This document shows, one piece after another, positions 44,818 through 52,289 of a stretch of DNA of 64,000 nt. Location of the stretch: assembly GCA_009784275.1 (NCBI GenBank), contig WRCA01000001.1:62404-126403 (forward strand), given 5' to 3'. The notes beneath the pieces are model-generated. The model was not told the origin of the DNA and ran no database searches. It saw only the letters and a list, made by a program, of their open reading frames with translations. Source of the DNA: Alphaproteobacteria bacterium (lineage in GTDB: Bacteria > Pseudomonadota > Alphaproteobacteria > Rs-D84). The translations under genes and the position numbers were made by a program. Each line of letters opens with the position of its first letter. Position 1 is the stretch's first letter.

Positions 44818-45867
44818 ATGAAGAAATACAAGACATCTTTAACAATTATGAGGGCACAGCCATTTCATATGGGGCATGAATCCATCATTCGCCAGATGCT
44901 GGATGAGTCCGAAAATGTTTATCTGCTGATTGGCAGCGCCCAGGAATCCGGTACTGACCGCAATCCTTTTACATATGCCCAGCGTCGCCAGATGGTTGAA
45001 AATGTGTTTCCGTCCGAGTCTCGCCTGTGCATAAAACCAATAGCGGACCTGTATGACTATAAAAGATGGGCGAATTATGTCATCGCCAACCTGGGTCTTA
45101 CACCAGACGCTTATTACTGCGGCGATGACCAAGACAAAGAACTATTTCAAGCAATTGGCGTAAACACAGTAGAAATCCCACGCGACATTATCCCTATCAG
45201 TGCGAGCAAAATCCGCGAAACAGGCGACTTGTCGATGGTTAGCCCGTTAAATCACAACCTTATAACCCAGGAGAATAAAATGACTCTTTCCAAACCCCAT
45301 GAAATCCCAATCAGCGCGCGCATCGCCGCCAGAACGGATAATTACGATATCTGGGAATATCCAGTGGTTTTACCAAATGGCAAAGCCGCGATTTATGAGA
45401 CTTGTGTTCGCCAAGATGCCGCATTGGTTCTGGCGGAACAAGACGGCCAGATCGTTCTGACACGTCAGATCCAAAGAAAAGGCGAAAAGCCAAGATACTG
45501 CCTGTTGGGCGGGATGATGAACCCGGGTGAAACCCCGCAGCATGCCGCAGCGCGCGAAATGCTTGAAGAATCCGGAATGGCCAGCGATGACTGGGAACTT
45601 TTGGGCGGCGTTCGGCATTCGAACCGCGTTATATGGTCGGATTACTTTTACATCGCGCGCAACTGCAAAAAGGTGAAAGAACCTAAACTGGACGACGGTG
45701 AACAAATAGAGCTGGTTCGCGTATCCCCTGAAAAATTCATGAACGAAATTTTGATGTCGGATGGCTTTCGGGAAGGATGCTTGAAAAGCTTGCTAATCAA
45801 AAAACCTTCAGCCGAAGACATACAAAGTTTTTGCAAAATAACCACAGCAAAAACCAAGGCCAGATAA
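44818..45867 (+). CDS. nadM: bifunctional NMN adenylyltransferase (NadM-type) / Nudix hydrolase
   Basis: The N-terminal MRAQPFHMGH (GRFQPFHxGH-type) and ISASKIR place it in the NadM family. The C-terminal Nudix box reads GGMMNPGETPQHAAAREMLEESG. Confidence 0.8.
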   Translation: MKKYKTSLTIMRAQPFHMGHESIIRQMLDESENVYLLIGSAQESGTDRNPFTYAQRRQMVENVFPSESRLCIKPIADLYDYKRWANYVIANLGLTPDAYYCGDDQDKELFQAIGVNTVEIPRDIIPISASKIRETGDLSMVSPLNHNLITQENKMTLSKPHEIPISARIAARTDNYDIWEYPVVLPNGKAAIYETCVRQDAALVLAEQDGQIVLTRQIQRKGEKPRYCLLGGMMNPGETPQHAAAREMLEESGMASDDWELLGGVRHSNRVIWSDYFYIARNCKKVKEPKLDDGEQIELVRVSPEKFMNEILMSDGFREGCLKSLLIKKPSAEDIQSFCKITTAKTKAR

Positions 45868-45929
45868 CATATTTTTTTACGAAATTATGTTTTTAACAAT
45901 TTAACATTAACAAAAAAAAGGAAAACAAA

Positions 45930-47372
45930 ATGAAAACGAAAAACTTCTGGTGCGACTTTTATCACCTGACAACTGCACAAACTTTGTTCAAAGAAAACAT
46001 GCACGAAACGCCCGATACGTTCGAAGCCTTTATTCGCAAAAACCCATTCAATGGCGGATACACGATTTCGGCAGGTTTGGGACCAATTCTGCAATGGCTG
46101 AACAAACCCGGTTATTCGGATCGTCAAATCGCGAAGCTGGTAAAAATGAAGTATGCCGATGGCACTCCAAAATTTTCATCCGAATTTTTGGGATACATCA
46201 AAAATGCGCCTTGCATGATCAGTGTAAAGGCATTGCCTGAAGGGGAACTGGCATTCCCGAACGAGCCAACCTATCAAGTCATCGGCCCGAAATGGCAAGT
46301 CTTGATGGTTGAAACGGCGATCCTGAACGCGATGAATTCTTCATCTTTGATTGCTACCAAAACCTCTCGCGTGAAATATGCGGCAGGCGACAAAGTTGTA
46401 TCTGAATTCGGCCTGCGCCGCATGCAAGAACTGTACGGCTTGAACGTCACCCGCAGTGCGATTATCGGCGGCGCGGACTTCACATCGAATGTTGATGCAG
46501 GATTAGAATTCGATGTTCCTTTATCAGGCACTCACCCGCATGCATACGTAATGTCTTTCGACAGTGAATACGAAGCATTTTATACATGGCTGAAACATAA
46601 TCCGAACAATCCAACTTTGTTGGTGGATACATACGATACCATTACCGGTGTAAAGAACGCAATCAAGGCCGCCAAAGCCCTGGGCATGAAAGCAATAAAT
46701 ATTCGTTTGGACAGCGGTGACTTGGCATACCTGTCAAAGCAAGCGCGCAAGATGTTTGATGATGCCGGCATGCATGATTCGAGGATCGTGGCCAGCAATG
46801 ATTTGGACGAGCATGTCATTCAATCACTTAATGCTGAAGGCGCGCAGATAGATATTTACGGCGTTGGAACAAACATGGTTACATCGGCGGATCAGCCTGC
46901 ATTGGGCGGTGTTTATAAAATTAAAAAATCTGCGGGCAAAGACAAAATCAAATTTTCCGAAGATCCAATCAAAACAACTATTCCCGGCGCGACGGAAACT
47001 ATCCGCATGTTGGACATGGATGGAAAATTTAACGGCGATGTAATCATGTCCGTGAACAACATATTCGAATCTTCGGGCGTTTTAAAACAGCCGTTGTATT
47101 CAATAAATCCCCAAAACGGAAAAGTAAAAGTTTTCGATGTCGGACAACGGTTTTACAAGCCCGCTGTTTATGTGGTCAAAAACGGCACGGTAGATAAAAA
47201 AGCCATGAAGCGCACCGTTTCGGAAATCAGCAAATCCCGCAAAGAAAATCTGGATCGATTGGACGAAGCACACAGACAGTTGCGAAATCCGCGTGAATAC
47301 GTCGCAGGCATCGAACAGAGCCTTTATCAGTATCAGCAAAAACTAATCGAACAAAACCAGAAAATTTTTTAA
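45930..47372 (+). CDS. pncB: nicotinate phosphoribosyltransferase (class II PncB-like)
   Basis: 480 aa. The N-terminal DFYHLTTAQ (D.YqLTMaq pattern) and the downstream GTHPHAYVMSF are as in NAPRTases. Confidence 0.75.
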   Translation: MKTKNFWCDFYHLTTAQTLFKENMHETPDTFEAFIRKNPFNGGYTISAGLGPILQWLNKPGYSDRQIAKLVKMKYADGTPKFSSEFLGYIKNAPCMISVKALPEGELAFPNEPTYQVIGPKWQVLMVETAILNAMNSSSLIATKTSRVKYAAGDKVVSEFGLRRMQELYGLNVTRSAIIGGADFTSNVDAGLEFDVPLSGTHPHAYVMSFDSEYEAFYTWLKHNPNNPTLLVDTYDTITGVKNAIKAAKALGMKAINIRLDSGDLAYLSKQARKMFDDAGMHDSRIVASNDLDEHVIQSLNAEGAQIDIYGVGTNMVTSADQPALGGVYKIKKSAGKDKIKFSEDPIKTTIPGATETIRMLDMDGKFNGDVIMSVNNIFESSGVLKQPLYSINPQNGKVKVFDVGQRFYKPAVYVVKNGTVDKKAMKRTVSEISKSRKENLDRLDEAHRQLRNPREYVAGIEQSLYQYQQKLIEQNQKIF

Positions 47373-47403
47373 CCAAAACTGTTTTTAACCAAAGGAGCAA
47401 AAC

Positions 47404-48003
47404 ATGAAAAAACTTTTAACGATCATAGACATGCAATATGACTTTGTTATGCCGAAAGGCAAGCTGAGCCTTAATTGCCCGCAGATAGTAAAACCTGCGA
47501 ACGTTTTTGTTCGCGAACATGCGAATAAGTTCGACCACATACTTGCCACTCGCGACGATCACATAGAGCCCGAATACACCGAATGCAAATATTCGGATGA
47601 AGCAAAAAAGTTTCCAATACATTGCGAAGTCGGAACCCAGGGTCACAAGTGGCTGATAAAAATGCCGGCGAACAAAGTTTCCTGGTTGGGCAAAAAAGAC
47701 AATTCAATGTGGCACGCCAGCGCGAATATCGATGGTACCGGAAATGCGAATGTGCCCTTGAAATGGAATCCCGCCGAATGGGAAATGGTTCTATTCGGTG
47801 TCGCGTCCGACATATGCGTTGCTTATGCGATGGATGGATTTCTGAAACGGGGCTATTCCGTAACTGTGCTGACGGATTTATGCAAAGGCTTGTTCAAAGA
47901 AATGGATGCCGTCGCCAATGAAACCTATGTGGACTATTTGAAATCCGGTCAGCTGCGCTTGATAACCAGCACACAATTCACCAAAGAAAACAAAGGAAAA
48001 TAA
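47404..48003 (+). CDS. pncA: nicotinamidase / isochorismatase-family hydrolase
   Basis: Motifs IIDMQYDF (Asp), HC..GTQGH (metal site) and GVASDICV (Cys nucleophile). Confidence 0.8.
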   Translation: MKKLLTIIDMQYDFVMPKGKLSLNCPQIVKPANVFVREHANKFDHILATRDDHIEPEYTECKYSDEAKKFPIHCEVGTQGHKWLIKMPANKVSWLGKKDNSMWHASANIDGTGNANVPLKWNPAEWEMVLFGVASDICVAYAMDGFLKRGYSVTVLTDLCKGLFKEMDAVANETYVDYLKSGQLRLITSTQFTKENKGK

Positions 48004-48004
48004 A

Positions 48005-48751
48005 ATGAAGAAAGATATCAAACTTATAAAAGAAAATTTAGTTTCTGACCTGCGCAACTTTTGCAAAAACGCTGGATTTACCGATGTAACGTTCGGCTTG
48101 TCCGGGGGCATGGATTCTGCGCTGGTGCTGATGCTGGCCGCCGAAGCGCTGGGGCCAAAGCATGTTCACACCATGATGATGAAGACCAAGTACACATCGC
48201 AACTGTCCATCGATTTGGCAAACGAACTTGCAAAGAATGTCGGCAATCCACATAAAACCATCGACATCCAGCCTTTGGTCGACATGGCAGAAGCAACTTT
48301 GTCTTTCACTCCGCAAAATAAGGTGACACTGGAAAATTTGCAATCGCGTATTCGTGGACTGATTTGCATGACCTATTCCAACGATTTCAATCGGATGGTT
48401 TTGGCATGCGGCAACAAATCCGAAATCGCGATGGGATATTGCACTTTGTACGGCGATACTTGCGGCGCGCTGGCGCCACTGGGCGACCTATACAAAACCC
48501 AAGTTTATGAAATGGCGGAATTATATCCGCAAATACCGCGCGGAATTATCACGAGGCCTGCATCTGCGGAACTGGCGCATGGACAAAAAGACACAGACAG
48601 CATGCCGGACTATTGCATCCTTGACCCGATGCTTTCCTCCATAGAACAAGGCGCGGATTCCAAAGTTCCGGAATCCATAAAAAAGCGCTATGCGGGCGCT
48701 GCGTTCAAGCGGGTCCAGATGCCACCAATCCTGAAAATCCGCACCAGATAA
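48005..48751 (+). CDS. nadE: NH3-dependent NAD+ synthetase
   Basis: 248 aa with PP-loop SGGMDSA. There is no glutaminase domain. The start lies 1 nt after the pncA stop. Confidence 0.85.
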   Translation: MKKDIKLIKENLVSDLRNFCKNAGFTDVTFGLSGGMDSALVLMLAAEALGPKHVHTMMMKTKYTSQLSIDLANELAKNVGNPHKTIDIQPLVDMAEATLSFTPQNKVTLENLQSRIRGLICMTYSNDFNRMVLACGNKSEIAMGYCTLYGDTCGALAPLGDLYKTQVYEMAELYPQIPRGIITRPASAELAHGQKDTDSMPDYCILDPMLSSIEQGADSKVPESIKKRYAGAAFKRVQMPPILKIRTR

Positions 48752-48763
48752 AAGGAGTTTACC

Positions 48764-49153
48764 ATGACCAAGAAAATAGTATGCCGCGTGTGCACCATGG
48801 ACGGCATCGGCGAAGGCATCTGGTACGACAAAGATGGCCAGCAAAAGAACAATGGCCTGCCTGGCTTTTCATTCTATCACGCACCAGCATTTCCTATGCC
48901 TTTTTCCAGAGACCATTCAGGGTTCATTTCCGTCGTGTGCAACATAGAAGACTTGTTGTTTTGGTTTAACGCGGATGATATGAAGCAACTTGAGCCTTGC
49001 GGATATTTCATCACTTTATTCGAAGCAGAGAATATCAAGCAGTATGAATTCGAACCCGGAAAATTCCACACAATCGCCGAAAAGAAAACGATGAAGCGGC
49101 TGGGGACTGTAACAATAGAAGACTATTTAAAACAGTTGAAAGCGGATGCCTAG
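48764..49153 (+). CDS. hypothetical protein embedded in the NAD operon (129 aa)
   Basis: The ORF starts 12 nt after nadE with SD aaaggag upstream. No motif recognised. The N-terminus contains a CxxC. Confidence 0.65.
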   Translation: MTKKIVCRVCTMDGIGEGIWYDKDGQQKNNGLPGFSFYHAPAFPMPFSRDHSGFISVVCNIEDLLFWFNADDMKQLEPCGYFITLFEAENIKQYEFEPGKFHTIAEKKTMKRLGTVTIEDYLKQLKADA

Positions 49154-49188
49154 TCTGATATTATCAATCTGATAAAAAAGGAAGTGAT

Positions 49189-49932
49189 ATGCCAGACTAT
49201 AAAACCGAAGCAGAATTCCTGAAAGATTATAATCCAGGCGAATTCGATCGACCATCCGTCACCAGCGATATTCTGATATTTTCCGTATCCAGCGAAGAAG
49301 GTGAAAACTGGCGCCGCACGGAAAAAAAGAAGTTCAGCGTTCTGCTGGTGCATCGCGACAAGTTCCCATTTAAAGACAAATGGAATTTGCCGGGCGGATT
49401 TATGGGGATTCGCGAGACAGCTGAAGATGCGGCAAAGCGCGTATTATTGAATGAAACCGGATTGCGGAATATTTATATCGAACAGCTTTATACTTTCGAT
49501 GATCCACGGCGCGATCCGCGCATGCGCATTATATCAGTTGCTTTTATGGCGCTGGTGGATAAAAGCCAATTGAAATATGCAGGACATCGCAATGCAGACT
49601 TCTTTGATATAAAAATGGATGGAGATAAACTGGCTTTGACCAACGACAATATACGCATTACAGAAAAAGATTTGGCATTCGACCATGCGGAAATAATAAA
49701 TTATGGGATTAATCGTCTGCGCAATAAAATCGAATACACGGATATTGTATTCAACATGATGCCACATGAATTTACTCTTGGTGAACTGCAACAGGTTTAT
49801 GAAGCAATCTTGGGAAAAAAATTACTGGCAGCTGCGTTTCGCAGAATAATAGCGAACAAAGTAATTGCGACTGGCAAGATGCGTACTGGCGGCGGACATC
49901 GCCCCAGCCAATTATTCAGATATAAAGCATAG
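49189..49932 (+). CDS. nrtR: NrtR-type Nudix-related transcriptional regulator
   Basis: The Nudix fold carries a degenerate box (GGFMGIRETAEDAAKRVLLNETG). The C-terminal winged-helix FTLGELQQVYEAILGKKLLAAAFRRIIANKVI...GGGHRPSQLFRY is typical of NrtR. Confidence 0.78.
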   Translation: MPDYKTEAEFLKDYNPGEFDRPSVTSDILIFSVSSEEGENWRRTEKKKFSVLLVHRDKFPFKDKWNLPGGFMGIRETAEDAAKRVLLNETGLRNIYIEQLYTFDDPRRDPRMRIISVAFMALVDKSQLKYAGHRNADFFDIKMDGDKLALTNDNIRITEKDLAFDHAEIINYGINRLRNKIEYTDIVFNMMPHEFTLGELQQVYEAILGKKLLAAAFRRIIANKVIATGKMRTGGGHRPSQLFRYKA

Positions 49933-49935
49933 CTA

Positions 49936-50895
49936 TTATAAATCTTCTATAATCGGAATCAGCACACGAGCGTTGTAATCGCGAGCGGTTTTGAAAATTA
50001 CAATTTTTTCGTCTATCAAAGCATCGACATCCAGCCATACGATTTTGAATCCTGGATTATCTTTTTCGCAAAAGACAAATTCAGTTGTCGCCGGAATTTT
50101 TGTGATAAAAAATGTATGCTCTTCATTTTTTGCGCGGCGGAATGAGACATCCCGAATTTCGGCATGCATTTTTTCCGGAACTTCGATCGCATTGTCGGTT
50201 ATAAATTTTGCGCTTTCGCCCAGCTCCTCAAGAATCTCTCTGCACAATGCTTCACGCGGGGTTTCATCCCCGTCCTGTCGTCCGCCAATCGCACCGTGCC
50301 AGCCGCTTTTATACCTGATAAAAGCAACTTGTTTTTTGCCGTTGATTTCGCGTACCGGCAGAATATATGCAGCATATCGCCATTCTTTGATTTCTATATC
50401 CCCGCTTTCAGATTCTGAATTATTGTCGTAAGTAATAACTTTGAATCCTTCGTCATCAGATATAGGTTCGAATTTAGAAAGCAGTGCGTCAAACGCATCC
50501 GCGCATATAAACAATTCATTGCCACCGGATTCTGTGCGCCGCACACATCGCGCCCGTGCAACATCAATATCGCATTTAATATTATGAAAAATAACCTTGT
50601 CCGCGAATTCCAAAGCGCGTGCGACGGATTCTTTGCGACCAGATTTTGACCACGTACCACAATCAAAAATAACATCGCCGCCGGCGCGAACAATTTCGCG
50701 CGCCAGGTCCCATTGAACTTTATCTATACGCTGAACGTAATCAAGATGTTTATCTCCATGCGGACCACGACCGTAAAGAAGTACAATCCAATCATCATTG
50801 TTCAAACGCACAGCTGGCAATTCACGCGCCAACCGCTTTGCGATTGTGGTTTTTCCAGATCCAATAAAACCGTGCATAAAATGAACCGTTGCCAT
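49936..50895 (-). CDS. fusion protein: P-loop kinase-like (AAA_33/zeta-like) N-domain + Nudix hydrolase C-domain
   Basis: Walker A GFIGSGKTT and an intact Nudix box GGRQDGDETPREALCREILEELG. Confidence 0.75.
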   Translation of the reverse strand: MATVHFMHGFIGSGKTTIAKRLARELPAVRLNNDDWIVLLYGRGPHGDKHLDYVQRIDKVQWDLAREIVRAGGDVIFDCGTWSKSGRKESVARALEFADKVIFHNIKCDIDVARARCVRRTESGGNELFICADAFDALLSKFEPISDDEGFKVITYDNNSESESGDIEIKEWRYAAYILPVREINGKKQVAFIRYKSGWHGAIGGRQDGDETPREALCREILEELGESAKFITDNAIEVPEKMHAEIRDVSFRRAKNEEHTFFITKIPATTEFVFCEKDNPGFKIVWLDVDALIDEKIVIFKTARDYNARVLIPIIEDL

Positions 50896-50899
50896 AATT

Positions 50900-51235
50900 T
50901 TATCTCAAAATAATATGTTTGAACCATTTTTCTTGGTATGCAGTTTCAGATTCTATAATTTCATCATCTAAATCCAAACCATCTGGGACAACTATCAACT
51001 TGTCATCGTTATCATCTGTTCTGTGAATAACCGCGATACAGCGACCAGTAAATTCATCCAATGGTTTATCGATACCCAAAACATAAGCATCTAATTCCTC
51101 TCCGTCACCGGAAATCGTATTCGGAATAAACCCATAGTTAGTTTCATAAACCCAGTCATGTTTTGGGTGCTTTGTTCCAAGCGGCCGATCCATTTTTACA
51201 GTCACGATTTTGTTTAGATATTGTTTGCTTAACAT
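50900..51235 (-). CDS. short inorganic-pyrophosphatase-like protein (111 aa)
   Basis: DRPLGTKHP...YETNYGFIPNTISGDGEELDAYVLG...IAVIHRTDDNDDKLIV resembles the core of family I PPase in a shortened form. Confidence 0.6.
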   Translation of the reverse strand: MLSKQYLNKIVTVKMDRPLGTKHPKHDWVYETNYGFIPNTISGDGEELDAYVLGIDKPLDEFTGRCIAVIHRTDDNDDKLIVVPDGLDLDDEIIESETAYQEKWFKHIILR

Positions 51236-51275
51236 TATATTATCCTATAATATACCGTAGAGTGATACATATGTT

Positions 51276-51932
51276 CTATTGCTTGCTGGCATAGCAGAAA
51301 ACCCGTTCGTTTTCTTCGAATATTTTTTCAGCCTTCAGCCCAGATTCGCCAAGCCACTTTTTCAAATCTTTCATCGGGACACCCCGCACGTGGGTGTTAT
51401 TCCCCCAATGTTTGGTGGGGCTGGATATGTAAATCAGTCCGTCTTTACCGATGCATTGCGCGGCTTTTTTAAGGATTAGCAAGGGGTCTGACACATGCTC
51501 TAACACTTCGGTGACCAAGACATAGTCGTATTTTTTCTGCGGCTTGAAATCTTCTATCCATCCTTTGAATATTCTCATTCGTTTTTGAACATCTGACGGT
51601 TCAAGCTTGGCGTGTTTTTCAAAAGTTTCTATAAGCGTGTCGGATATTTCGACCCCATCGATCATGTGCCCCAGCCTTGCATAATAGATCAAGTTAGGCC
51701 CGTTATGCGCACCCAACTCAAGAATTGCGGATCCGGGTCGGGGATCAAATTGACTCATCCATTCTTCGCGCCATACCACGGATTTGTTCGCTTTGATCGT
51801 TCCGACTTCGTCATACATCGCCTTGAAAATTTCACGATCGTTCAGGTGGGAAAAATCCTGATCGTTTTTGATATACTTCAGTTTTGATTCGGGTTTTGTT
51901 AAAAGTGATTTCAACTTGGTTATTATGCTCAT
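51276..51932 (-). CDS. class I SAM-dependent methyltransferase
   Basis: Motif I ILELGAHNG, D/E-loop GVEIS, and the post-I segment YVLVTEVLEHV. The start is set at the Met at 51932, because the ORF-track extension to 52067 overlaps tRNA-Ser. Confidence 0.75.
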   Translation of the reverse strand: MSIITKLKSLLTKPESKLKYIKNDQDFSHLNDREIFKAMYDEVGTIKANKSVVWREEWMSQFDPRPGSAILELGAHNGPNLIYYARLGHMIDGVEISDTLIETFEKHAKLEPSDVQKRMRIFKGWIEDFKPQKKYDYVLVTEVLEHVSDPLLILKKAAQCIGKDGLIYISSPTKHWGNNTHVRGVPMKDLKKWLGESGLKAEKIFEENERVFCYASKQ

Positions 51933-51962
51933 CTGGCCCTCGCTTTGCCCGGTGAAAATCGA

Positions 51963-52052
51963 TGGCGGATGGGGAGGGATTCGAACCCCCGGTGGAGTTG
52001 CCCCCACGACGGTTTTCAAGACCGTTGCATTCAACCGCTCTGCCACCCATCC
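51963..52052 (-). tRNA. tRNA-Ser (anticodon TGA)
   Basis: The minus strand gives acceptor stem ggatggg/cccatcc, anticodon arm acggt-CTTGAAA-accgt, a long variable arm, T-arm gggggttcgaatccctc, and an encoded CCA. Confidence 0.9.
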
Positions 52053-52163
52053 AAAAATATTAACCAACGGTCTTTCAACCGACGGTTTTCGCTCGCCGCT
52101 TTACGTCTGCGCGTATCCTCGTAATTATTCAATCTTCGCTTCGCTCGATTTCATATACTCGGA

Positions 52164-52201
52164 TTCAAGACCGTTGCATTCAACCGCTCTGCCACCCATC
52201 C
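52164..52201 (-). repeat. 38-nt exact duplicate of the tRNA-Ser 5' half (positions 1 to anticodon); tRNA fragment
   Basis: Identical to 52015-52052 and lying 149 nt upstream in tRNA orientation. Confidence 0.85.
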
Positions 52202-52210
52202 GTGCAGAAT

Positions 52211-52238
52211 ATTATATATAAATGAAATTTATTTGCAA
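52211..52238 (-). promoter_or_regulatory. sigma70-like promoter TTGCAA-16nt-TATAAT positioned for the tRNA-Ser fragment
   Basis: On the minus strand the -10 hexamer ends about 10 nt before the fragment's first base. I see no comparable promoter directly upstream of the intact tRNA. Confidence 0.45.
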
Positions 52239-52254
52239 GTCTTACGAGATAATA

Positions 52255-52278
52255 AAAACCGCCGCAGATGCGGCGGTT
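52255..52278 (-). terminator. intrinsic terminator of the collagen-like gene
   Basis: Hairpin aaaccgccgcagatgcggcggttt with a T-run on the minus strand. Confidence 0.75.
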
Positions 52279-52289
52279 TGCTTTCAGCT

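Noticed and set aside
51933-52067. N-terminal extension of the methyltransferase ORF (track start 52067)
   Set aside because: The extension is the antisense-free reading of the tRNA-Ser gene itself. The internal Met at 51932 gives a normal methyltransferase.
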